This document shows, piece by piece, positions 55,619-64,000 of a stretch of 64,000 nucleotides of DNA (position 1 is its first letter; the number at the start of each line of letters is the position of its first letter). The stretch spans positions 1 to 64,000 of IMG/VR virus record IMGVR_UViG_3300028886_000028; one strand, given 5' to 3'. A model generated the notes under the pieces. That model worked only from the letters and a program-made list of their open reading frames with translations. It searched no databases and had not been told where the DNA came from. The position numbers and the translations under genes are program-made. Source of the stretch: a virus (taxonomy: Duplodnaviria > Caudoviricetes).

Positions 55619-57697
55619 TTAATATGTTATAATATATGGAGTTTTCATCAATGATTTACCAGAAACTGATTGCCCATTAACCTTTCCATACTCTAACACA
55701 ATGTCAAATACTTCAATTTTCGCTCCATATGCGTTTACGCAAACTTCTTTTTCATCTTTTAGAGAATAACAATTACGATAAACTGTTTCTTTCCAATTTA
55801 TATCTTTTGGGTCTACCCAACATTTTAATTTTATCTCTGAATGCCCTTCTTTACCAAAACTGTTTCCACAATATGCTTCGCCTCGTCCTTCTTCCCAGGA
55901 AAAACAATTTCCTAAATCGTTATATGTATTTTTAAGATAATTAAAATAGTTTTTGCTTCCGAAATAGTTAAAATTAGGCGAATTAAAATTAGGTATGGTA
56001 ATATTTCTTTCTATGTAAACTAATCCTCTTTCATTAACAATCATATCAGACTCCATACCGTTATAGTCAAAATTTTCAATGAATTTTTCTTTTAATATTT
56101 CGTCAAATTTTCTATACCCATCATAAGTTAAAAAATCTTCTATACAGTCTATATCATATAAAATGTTTGTTTTGTTTTTGATATATTTTTCTATTATAGT
56201 GCATTCGTCATAATCATTAAATTCTTTTTTATATTCTTCATAACCTTCAAAGAATTCAAAAAAATCTTCATTAAACATTTCTTCTTTATAGCCATTAATA
56301 AATGATTCGCACACTAGAGATATAAAAGCATCTACATATTCATATTCATCTATATCATCTTGCATAGGTTCTATTTCTTCTTTTGCACGGTTTATAGCAC
56401 TTCCAATATTATATTCGTTCCATTCACTTTTAGGCAAAATTCCAGGTGTTCCAATATATTCAATGAAATCAACATAATTTTCCCAATTGTTTTTTTCATA
56501 ATATGCATTTCCATCGTTATCAAAATTGAAAACTAATTGGTCATGATATTCTTTTAAGCAAAGTAGTTGGCTTTCATTAACTATTATTTTTTTACTTCTT
56601 TTTATTGATTCAGAAATTGATGAAAGTGTTTTACTTCCGCCAACTATAAATATAGAAGATAAATCACCTCTTGGGTGAGCAACATCTAGTGCTTTATTGA
56701 TTATAACAATTGTTTCTTCAGGAGTCATGCCTTCTTTATATTCACATATAACCTTTTCTAATGTCGGTAAACCATCATCTGACCACGCATCACTTCCATC
56801 AGGCATACACATCCAATCATAAAAGCCAAGATAATCCATAAAATCATAGCAATTGTCTTTATTTGGCGTTCCAAATTTTTTTATTGGTTCATTAAAAAAG
56901 TTAGGATACATTTCAATAGCTTCTTCTAACTCATCTATTGGGAATACCGCAAGTTCAATATGACCAGCTAACTCACTATTAGCCCTTAATTTTGCCGTAT
57001 TATTTAAAATAATACCAATCCATTGATAAACATATTTTGTTGGAAAATGGATAAATTTACCAAATTTTACAAATTCAGACAATGCTTTTTTATACATATC
57101 AGGCTGTATAAGCGGAGTCCAATCCTGTTTTCCATTTGCATCATGAATAAAATCGCATAAAACATTCCATGTGTTGTTTTCCTCAAATGCATCATAATAT
57201 GGTAGCCAATCATTAGATTCTGTTAGCCTAATAGACGCATTGCCCATTTTAATGTCTTTATTTGTGTCTTTTGGCTTTGCTGGATTTTTTTCTAATTTTG
57301 GAACCTGTGGCACACATTTTACTTTTTTGACAGCAGTCCTCATTTTTCTAAGAGTATCATGCGCCCAATTTTTCATGTCATTACCACCAGGTAAAATATA
57401 TCCTAAATTTTTAGCATTAACATCGTCATCGTTAATACTCATATTTTTATATTCATGGTCTATTTTTTTTATATCAGAAAAAGACAATGTTTTATCTCCG
57501 TTGTGTATTTTATCTTTTTTATTAGACCTTTTGTTATAATCATCGTTAACAATAGAACTAGCTCGCTTAAATCCTTTTGATTGTTTATATTTGCCAAAAA
57601 GATTTAAGTTATTTTTTATTTTATTAACAAGTTTATCAGGAACCTTTACTTGCCTTTTGCCAAGTACTTTCCCTTCATCTTCTATTATTAGTGGCAT
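55619..57697 (-). CDS. Three-module protein with internal leader motifs; C-terminal module possibly an R-S-E ART fold
   Basis: IRLTES and KKIIVNESQLLCLKE at module junctions; YIER..CFSW..EKEV. Confidence 0.6.
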   Translation of the reverse strand: MPLIIEDEGKVLGKRQVKVPDKLVNKIKNNLNLFGKYKQSKGFKRASSIVNDDYNKRSNKKDKIHNGDKTLSFSDIKKIDHEYKNMSINDDDVNAKNLGYILPGGNDMKNWAHDTLRKMRTAVKKVKCVPQVPKLEKNPAKPKDTNKDIKMGNASIRLTESNDWLPYYDAFEENNTWNVLCDFIHDANGKQDWTPLIQPDMYKKALSEFVKFGKFIHFPTKYVYQWIGIILNNTAKLRANSELAGHIELAVFPIDELEEAIEMYPNFFNEPIKKFGTPNKDNCYDFMDYLGFYDWMCMPDGSDAWSDDGLPTLEKVICEYKEGMTPEETIVIINKALDVAHPRGDLSSIFIVGGSKTLSSISESIKRSKKIIVNESQLLCLKEYHDQLVFNFDNDGNAYYEKNNWENYVDFIEYIGTPGILPKSEWNEYNIGSAINRAKEEIEPMQDDIDEYEYVDAFISLVCESFINGYKEEMFNEDFFEFFEGYEEYKKEFNDYDECTIIEKYIKNKTNILYDIDCIEDFLTYDGYRKFDEILKEKFIENFDYNGMESDMIVNERGLVYIERNITIPNFNSPNFNYFGSKNYFNYLKNTYNDLGNCFSWEEGRGEAYCGNSFGKEGHSEIKLKCWVDPKDINWKETVYRNCYSLKDEKEVCVNAYGAKIEVFDIVLEYGKVNGQSVSGKSLMKTPYIITY

Positions 57698-57708
57698 ATT
57701 TTATTTAT

Positions 57709-57975
57709 TTAACGAACAATTCCACCACCCCATCCTGCACCGGTACTTGACCAAGTATTATCAGTTGTAAGGCGGCTAGAAATTTTATCAGCAGTAGGCA
57801 TTTTTCCATATTTTGGATTGCCTTCATCATCATGTATGGTTGCACTAATACCATTTTCAGTAGTATCACCATATTCTTTAACATCGCCATCCTCAAAATC
57901 AGGCGCTTCACTAGTATCTTCTATCAATTTAGTGAATAACCTCATTTGGCATTCAGTTAACTTTATTTTTTTCAT
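57709..57975 (-). CDS. Small protein with leader motif
   Basis: MKKIKLTECQMRLFTKLIE; late motif at 57995-58003(-). Confidence 0.65.
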   Translation of the reverse strand: MKKIKLTECQMRLFTKLIEDTSEAPDFEDGDVKEYGDTTENGISATIHDDEGNPKYGKMPTADKISSRLTTDNTWSSTGAGWGGGIVR

Positions 57976-58032
57976 TATCACATCTTTTATTATTTATAAA
58001 TATTTATTGATGATAAATAATATAAATTGTGA

Positions 58033-60033
58033 ATGGCTAATTTAAAAGACAATAATTATCATAATTTAAAAATTAGGGTAAATAAGGACGAATATTGGGA
58101 CTTTTTCATAAATAAAGACTATTATGGCCCTTTTAAATCAAATAGTAATAGCATGTATGATGAATGTTTAATATCATACATTGATGCTTCATTGTCTGAA
58201 TGCGTTAGCGGAGATACTTGGATTTATAGCACTAATAAATATAAATGGGAAAGTGCTTATACAACAAATAGTATATTAAATAATATAGGATATACTGGCG
58301 TTGATAATGGACTTGTTTCTTACAGAAAAGATAGAATAAGCAATAAAGATTTTTTTAATATATTTACAACCTCTAAATATGAAATTGATGGCGATGATAT
58401 TAGGCTTAAGTTACACGCTGTTAGTGGCAATACTTTACTTTACGAGTATCCACTGCATGCTGAAAATGGAGTAATAAAATTAAATGGTGGTTTTTATCAA
58501 GGATTTTTTAAAACAAAATGCGATGAATATTATATACTTCCATCTAAAATGGATGATAATGACACATGGGAATTTGAGTTTGTTTTAAATAAGTGCGAAC
58601 TCGAAAAAGAATCAAATAAAACATTAAATGATAAGTACCCAAATAATAAAGGAATATTTTTTTATTTAGGAACGAGAGCTGAAAATAAATGGATATATTT
58701 ATATGATAAAGAAGATATTGAAGGAAGGGAATCTTGTTTTACTTTATCATATGACGAATACATTGAAGATGCAAAAGTAAATAAAGAAGATTACATAATA
58801 GGTAATTTTTATGATTTGGACCCTGAATTTACAGAAACACCTCCACTAGATATTGATGATTATTTAAATTTTCAATATTATGATGAATCATACTATACGC
58901 CAAACGAGGAAGAACTGTTTTCTGACAATATAGAATGTGATGGACATAGTATATTAGATGATTATTTGGACTATGAAATAACGCCAAGGACTATAGACGA
59001 AAATCTACCTCATATAACTTTAGATAGTTGGTGCTGTGATATTGAAAAAAAGAAAAAAAAGGTAAAGCAAGTGTCATTTTTTAATGCATGCGGATGCGTA
59101 AAACAAGCATACGTAAAAGTTGATGTTGAAGATGATTCAAAATTATCTGGATGCGATTTATTTGGAGAAGGTGACTATATTGATGATTTTGATGGACTAG
59201 ATTATGATACCGATTATTGGGAACCTGAATTAAATATAACAGATTTTGAGTATGAGACAAACAATGGCTTCTTACTTACATCGGCTAATGATTACTATTT
59301 CTACACAGATAATAAATTTTTATTGTTCGACAGAACTTCTAAAGGATATACAATAAAAGATTGGGTAGAAGGTACACAAATGATGTATTTCGGCAAAAAA
59401 AATAAATTTAAAGATAATTTATTCATATTAATGAATAGAACGTCAACCGGCTATACAGTAAAAGACATTGACCAATTAAAAGATAAAGCAAACAATAAAT
59501 ATGATGATTTATATAATGACATATATAACAATGCATTTGCTTTGAGGATTAAAGATGATGGTTCAATAGGATATAGGTATTTGGTGTTTGATTGCGACGC
59601 TAGCAATAAAGGAAAATATACAGTAGAAGAAGGATATTCTTTCCCTAACGTCATAAAAGATTGCGAGTGGCATACTGTACACATCAAGATAAAATCGTTC
59701 TTCAGCTGCCTTAAAATATACTTCTACGTTGATGGAAAATTGGTGTATATAACAAAAGGCTTACCGAAATTTAATTTTCACGAATTAAATGACCTTTATG
59801 AAAAGCAAGAAGGAGTTCCATTCAATATTTCAATTGGCGGAGGAACACAAGGTTTGGCAGAAACTGTTTTAACTAATTACATGCTAGAGCCAACAAGAGT
59901 GTATCCATTAGAAGAAAACTTTGCTGGAACATTTATAGGGTATATGAAGTCATTTAAATTCTATAATTGTGGAATGGAATATATGAGAATATTGAATAAT
60001 TTTAAATATGAAAAAAATATGTTTAAAGTATGA
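58033..60033 (+). CDS. Putative structural protein with LamG-like beta-sandwich
   Basis: WHTV.I..YFYVDGKLV..ISIGGG..FIG.MKSFKFY. Confidence 0.6.
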   Translation: MANLKDNNYHNLKIRVNKDEYWDFFINKDYYGPFKSNSNSMYDECLISYIDASLSECVSGDTWIYSTNKYKWESAYTTNSILNNIGYTGVDNGLVSYRKDRISNKDFFNIFTTSKYEIDGDDIRLKLHAVSGNTLLYEYPLHAENGVIKLNGGFYQGFFKTKCDEYYILPSKMDDNDTWEFEFVLNKCELEKESNKTLNDKYPNNKGIFFYLGTRAENKWIYLYDKEDIEGRESCFTLSYDEYIEDAKVNKEDYIIGNFYDLDPEFTETPPLDIDDYLNFQYYDESYYTPNEEELFSDNIECDGHSILDDYLDYEITPRTIDENLPHITLDSWCCDIEKKKKKVKQVSFFNACGCVKQAYVKVDVEDDSKLSGCDLFGEGDYIDDFDGLDYDTDYWEPELNITDFEYETNNGFLLTSANDYYFYTDNKFLLFDRTSKGYTIKDWVEGTQMMYFGKKNKFKDNLFILMNRTSTGYTVKDIDQLKDKANNKYDDLYNDIYNNAFALRIKDDGSIGYRYLVFDCDASNKGKYTVEEGYSFPNVIKDCEWHTVHIKIKSFFSCLKIYFYVDGKLVYITKGLPKFNFHELNDLYEKQEGVPFNISIGGGTQGLAETVLTNYMLEPTRVYPLEENFAGTFIGYMKSFKFYNCGMEYMRILNNFKYEKNMFKV

Positions 60034-60407
60034 AAAAATTGATAAGATTAACAGAATCAGATTTACACAAAATAATAAAAGAATCAGTAAATAGAATTTT
60101 AAAAGAAGAAGAATACCGCATTCCAACAGGCGGTATGGATGTATACGCCTATGATTATGATAAGGCGCTTGAAAAAGCAAATTCGTTGGAAGATTGGGAT
60201 AGCATGATGGTAAATAGAAAAAAACGCAGCGATGTTAGTTATAATAATGGAATTTTAAATCATCCACAGCGTAATCAGCCATATGGCGGTTTGGGGGCAT
60301 CGCAATATGTTAATCCAGAACTTTATTGCAGGAATGATGATAATATACTAGACAGTCTTGAATCAGACGCTGAATACAGAAAAAAACAGCACGGCTTTCC
60401 ATTTTAA
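60030..60407 (+). CDS. Hypothetical protein with conserved leader
   Basis: MKKLIRLTESDLHKIIKESVNRILKE. Confidence 0.75.
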   Translation: MKKLIRLTESDLHKIIKESVNRILKEEEYRIPTGGMDVYAYDYDKALEKANSLEDWDSMMVNRKKRSDVSYNNGILNHPQRNQPYGGLGASQYVNPELYCRNDDNILDSLESDAEYRKKQHGFPF

Positions 60408-60441
60408 AATAAATGAAGGGGTGATTATTAGTCACTCCTTT

Positions 60442-60765
60442 TTAATATTCTATGTAGTTGTCAATGAAAAAATCATCTATTATTCCCATTTTTAAAGCAG
60501 CTCTATATGCAGTTTGATTTTTTTTGAAAAATTCTGTTTTTGTTTTATATTTTATTGCTTCTTCTTCAATATGCTTATAATTCCAATAGTTTTTTTTATG
60601 CTGTTTTTGCTTAACCAACCAGGTCATTTCATCTACATACCCATATTTATAGGCAGCCAGAAAAGCACTCAAATTGTGTTTTTTAAATTCTTCTTTGGTT
60701 GAGTATTTTTTAGCTTCTTCCATCATGTTTTCCCTATTTTTCCAATATCCTTTAATATGTTTCAT
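60442..60765 (-). CDS. Nuclease-less protein made of two homing-endonuclease-type repeats
   Basis: YW...EEA.KY.TK.EF.K.N..A..AA.K.G twice, as in 29642..30628. Confidence 0.65.
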   Translation of the reverse strand: MKHIKGYWKNRENMMEEAKKYSTKEEFKKHNLSAFLAAYKYGYVDEMTWLVKQKQHKKNYWNYKHIEEEAIKYKTKTEFFKKNQTAYRAALKMGIIDDFFIDNYIEY

Positions 60766-60865
60766 TTTTTTGTAAGGTTTATATTAATAAATAGTTTATA
60801 AATATAAACAAAGGGAAAACTTTCAATATTTATAATAAATTAATAAATAAAATAAAAATAATAAC

Positions 60866-63223
60866 ATGTCAAAGGGACTTTATTTCTATAAGTTAGTTAG
60901 TCCTTACGAAGAAGATGTAACGAAGAATTGCAAATTAACAGTAAATGAAATTGATAGCAATTTTTTAAATCTTAAGGACGTAGATATTAAGAAAGCAGAA
61001 CTTGATGAAAATACAAAATCTGTTATTCTTACAAGAAATGATGGGGACAAGTTAGTTGTAGATTTAACGCCTATATTGAGTGGCGCAGTTTACGACCTTG
61101 AAGTAGTTTATGAGAATCCTTCTGATTCAGGCTCTTGCGAAGGTGCTAATGTATATGTTACATACAGTACTTTAACTAGTGATGATATTAAAACAACTGT
61201 TACTGTTCCTATTACAGGGTTAGTTACCACAGAGAACATTAATGAGGTTCTTGGTGGCGGCTTCTTATCTAGTGTTATTTCTGATGGTAGCCTTACAGGA
61301 AAGGGTACGATTGATTCCCCATTAGGTATTAGTCCTACTGAGAAAAATAGACCTGCTGTTAAAATTATTGACAAGACAAAAGGAGAAGAACTACCTGAAA
61401 CTTTTACAGTTGGCACAAGATACGTTACTAAGGAGTACACTAGTGAATTTGGTTATCTTTACAATTATTATGCTGTACAGCAGATTGATGCTAAACTTAA
61501 AGCAGAGGGAAGAGGATGGAGAATTCCGACAAAAGCAGACTGGGATTGTTTATTGAATTCAATAGAGCCTTGTGATTATAGAGACCACGATTCAGCACTT
61601 TGCCACCAGATACTTGGTAAATATGCAGGAACTAAGCTCAAATCAGCATGCGGATGGTTAGAAGAACCTGATTGCGAATGCAAAGTAACAAAGCCAATGA
61701 GAGGCAATTATTGCCCGGATGGGGATGGAATAGAAAGCGACGAAATTGACCCATTTGCAGATGATTTTGACTCTGATGATTCTGTTATTGACGTTGATAA
61801 TGAAACTGAGCCTGAATTAGTTCGTAAACCATATTGGGGAACTGATGACTTCGGCATGAAAATTCTTCCTACTGGTTATGGCGATGGTGATGAAGTTGAG
61901 CATTATTTTAACAAGAAGACTGTATTTTGGACAACAACTCATATTTACAACGATTTAGGACAAGACATTTACGTTAAAGAGTTTGATTGGAACAAATCAG
62001 GAGTAATTCAAGAGGCTCAATGCCCAGATGCATTATTTAGCATTCGCCTTGTTAAAGACTATACAGGAAGCAACCATTTTGAAAGTGAAACAATAGATGG
62101 TAATAACTATAGAACTATTTTATTTGCTGATTGTGGCACAGTTTGGACAGCATCTAATTTTGCCGGCACAAACTATAATTACAAAGAAGCCAATATGGGT
62201 CAGAATCCATATAAGAGAATAGTTTATTATATAAATGTATGGAATGGCAAAGAGTGGGAAAAGAGAGAGTTAGAAGAAGGTGAAAGCATTACCATTATGG
62301 AAGGTAATGAACATTGTCAATACAACGTTCAATATCGTGTATATACTGAAGATGATTGCAATCATGTTCTTGTTAATATTGATGATGTTGTAACTGATGG
62401 CGTTATTAATCAAATTCTTCCAATAATTGATGAAGAAAGAAAAGAAAGAATTTCTGCTGACACTGAATTATGGGATGCGTTAATGGCTGAAATTTCAGCA
62501 AGGACTGAAGCGGATGCAGAAGAAAAAGAAGAAAGAGAAAATGCAGATGAAATACTGCAAGAAGAAATTGATGCAGAAATATTAAGAGCACAAGAAGCAG
62601 AACAAGAACTGTGGGACGCAATTAACCAAGAGTCTCAAGCTCGTGAAGAAGTAGACCAGGAACTTTGGGACGCAATTGCGCAAGAAGCTTCTGCTAGAAC
62701 TGATGATTACTATAAACTTTTGGATGCAATTGAACAAGAAGTTTCTGCAAGAACTGATGCTGACAACGACATTTGGGATGCTATTAATCAGGAAATATCT
62801 GCAAGAACAGATGCAGATGACCAATTAAGTGATGAAATTGCACAAGAAATTTCTGCAAGAACTGATGCTGACAACGACATTTGGGATGCTATTAATCAGG
62901 AAATATCTGCAAGAACAGATGCGGATAACCAATTAAGCGATGCAATAACTGTAGAAACTGAAAGGGCTAAAGAATCTGAAGAAGAACTCTTTAATGCTAT
63001 TAGCGGAGAAACCGAAAGGGCAAAATCAGAAGAAGAGAGAATAGAATGCCAGTTAATTGATAACCCTGCTGAACCTGTTAATGAAAACACAAGATTTGAA
63101 ACCAAAATAATCGACGGAACTGCTTATTATATTTTGCACGTAAATGGTGGCTTAACACTTTATTCAAAATGTGGAACAAATGATATTCCAATTAAGTTGG
63201 ATGCGGATTTCGGAACTTTCTAA
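60866..63223 (+). CDS. Fibre-like protein with Fib_succ_major-type lectin-fold domain and coiled coil
   Basis: GYLYN..GWRIPT..DW..KLKS..GW..FW..FSIRLVKD; 18-aa EISARTDAD repeats; ends ADFGTF. Confidence 0.7.
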   Translation: MSKGLYFYKLVSPYEEDVTKNCKLTVNEIDSNFLNLKDVDIKKAELDENTKSVILTRNDGDKLVVDLTPILSGAVYDLEVVYENPSDSGSCEGANVYVTYSTLTSDDIKTTVTVPITGLVTTENINEVLGGGFLSSVISDGSLTGKGTIDSPLGISPTEKNRPAVKIIDKTKGEELPETFTVGTRYVTKEYTSEFGYLYNYYAVQQIDAKLKAEGRGWRIPTKADWDCLLNSIEPCDYRDHDSALCHQILGKYAGTKLKSACGWLEEPDCECKVTKPMRGNYCPDGDGIESDEIDPFADDFDSDDSVIDVDNETEPELVRKPYWGTDDFGMKILPTGYGDGDEVEHYFNKKTVFWTTTHIYNDLGQDIYVKEFDWNKSGVIQEAQCPDALFSIRLVKDYTGSNHFESETIDGNNYRTILFADCGTVWTASNFAGTNYNYKEANMGQNPYKRIVYYINVWNGKEWEKRELEEGESITIMEGNEHCQYNVQYRVYTEDDCNHVLVNIDDVVTDGVINQILPIIDEERKERISADTELWDALMAEISARTEADAEEKEERENADEILQEEIDAEILRAQEAEQELWDAINQESQAREEVDQELWDAIAQEASARTDDYYKLLDAIEQEVSARTDADNDIWDAINQEISARTDADDQLSDEIAQEISARTDADNDIWDAINQEISARTDADNQLSDAITVETERAKESEEELFNAISGETERAKSEEERIECQLIDNPAEPVNENTRFETKIIDGTAYYILHVNGGLTLYSKCGTNDIPIKLDADFGTF

Positions 63224-63247
63224 TAAATAAAAAATATATTATAGAGC

Positions 63248-64000
63248 ATGGAAAATATATACGATAGATTGCAATTTATAAGGCATGAAGAAGTCTTCCC
63301 TACCAGAGAAGATGCTTACAACTATGTTATTAATTATCAGATTATGGGTAATTATCCCACAATAGAAGACCCAACAAAAAATATGCCAACACTTTTTGGT
63401 GAACCTATGGTTCTTTTATATGAAAGTGGAGATAATACTAAAGGCCCAAATGTTATTTTAGCAATTGGTTCTGTAGGAAATGGCATACCAGACAATAAGA
63501 ACAGAACATTCTTTATTGATACCCATAAAACTGAAGAAGAGATAGATGCCCTTAATATAAGAATTGACGAAATAAAGTCTCTTATAGGAATTGGTATAAA
63601 TCCTATTGATAGTGATACTATAGATATGAGTGCAGAATTTCATACTAGTGGTACTACTATTAGTGGCGATGTTAAAATTGCTGATTATAGAATCGTTGAC
63701 GGCAAAGCCAATTATAACATAATCCAAAAAGAAGGCAACAAAGGAATTTATGCTTTTGTTGATATGGATTATGACCCAGAAACTCTTGCTATTAAGTTAA
63801 ATGTTAATGGCGTAACAAAAGAAATTCAATTGCCTGCTGACCAACACGTAGTTAGAGGATGGTATGACCCAAGGGAAGAATCTATTATCTTTAAATTGGC
63901 AGATGATTCACAGGTTAAAGTACTTGTAAGTAAATTAATTGAAGAATGGACTGTATTGCCTGATGGACAGACAATCAATGGATATGATATATCCGGCCAA
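63248..64000 (+). CDS. Fibre-like protein, truncated by the window end (absent from the ORF track)
   Basis: ATG at 63248 opens MENIYDRLQFIRHEEVF..LFGEPMVL..VILAIG, open to 64000. Confidence 0.75.
   Translation, partial: MENIYDRLQFIRHEEVFPTREDAYNYVINYQIMGNYPTIEDPTKNMPTLFGEPMVLLYESGDNTKGPNVILAIGSVGNGIPDNKNRTFFIDTHKTEEEIDALNIRIDEIKSLIGIGINPIDSDTIDMSAEFHTSGTTISGDVKIADYRIVDGKANYNIIQKEGNKGIYAFVDMDYDPETLAIKLNVNGVTKEIQLPADQHVVRGWYDPREESIIFKLADDSQVKVLVSKLIEEWTVLPDGQTINGYDISGQ

Noticed and set aside
9814-62930. CRISPR array
   Set aside because: All tandem repeats are in-frame coding repeats with periods that are multiples of 3, without unique spacers; no cas genes
2020-63727. Numerous antisense or overlapping ORFs in the track (for example 3177..3641, 19886..20539, 26814..27401, 39693..40268, 63458..63727)
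   Set aside because: Shadows of real genes, with S/F/L/I-rich antisense composition and no promoters or motifs
1-64000. Stop-codon reassignment (TAG=Gln, as in Lak and some crAss-like phages)
   Set aside because: Core genes are intact in code 11, and TAG ends several genes directly before terminators or promoters (for example 22477, 23589, 41553, 47328)
1-64000. tRNA or rRNA genes
   Set aside because: Intergenic gaps are short and AT-rich; no cloverleaf or T-loop signature found by eye (tRNAscan not run)

Overview
64 kb of an AT-rich, T4-like jumbo phage genome in standard code 11. The host is very likely Bacteroidota (Prevotella/Bacteroides-like): TAnnTTTG promoters, no Shine-Dalgarno sites, BspA-LRR and DUF4376-like genes. 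It holds the head module (terminase, portal, inverted prohead protease, scaffold, gp23-like major capsid protein), a free-standing GIY-YIG endonuclease, about 25 kb of modular fibre/adhesin genes, and metabolic genes (ClpC-like ATPase, DNA ligase, ThyX, dUTPase, IMPDH/GMPR, GT-B glycosyltransferase). Main observations: (1) a portable leader (K-I-x-[LIV]-x-E-[SN]-[DQ]-L...[IL]-x-E) on many unrelated late genes and inside multi-module proteins carrying ART-like, nucleotidyltransferase and kinase domains, suggesting a capsid-loading, protease-processed effector system; (2) a 53-aa stand-alone copy of the capsid segment equivalent to the T4 Gol peptide; (3) a candidate -1 frameshift with hairpin/pseudoknot; (4) an [ST]-[GA]-x-T motif enriched in exterior virion proteins (possible glycosylation sequon); (5) reusable docking-like termini in fibre proteins; (6) three promoter classes; (7) a structured three-way-junction leader. 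All domain calls are from motif recognition by eye; no searches were run.
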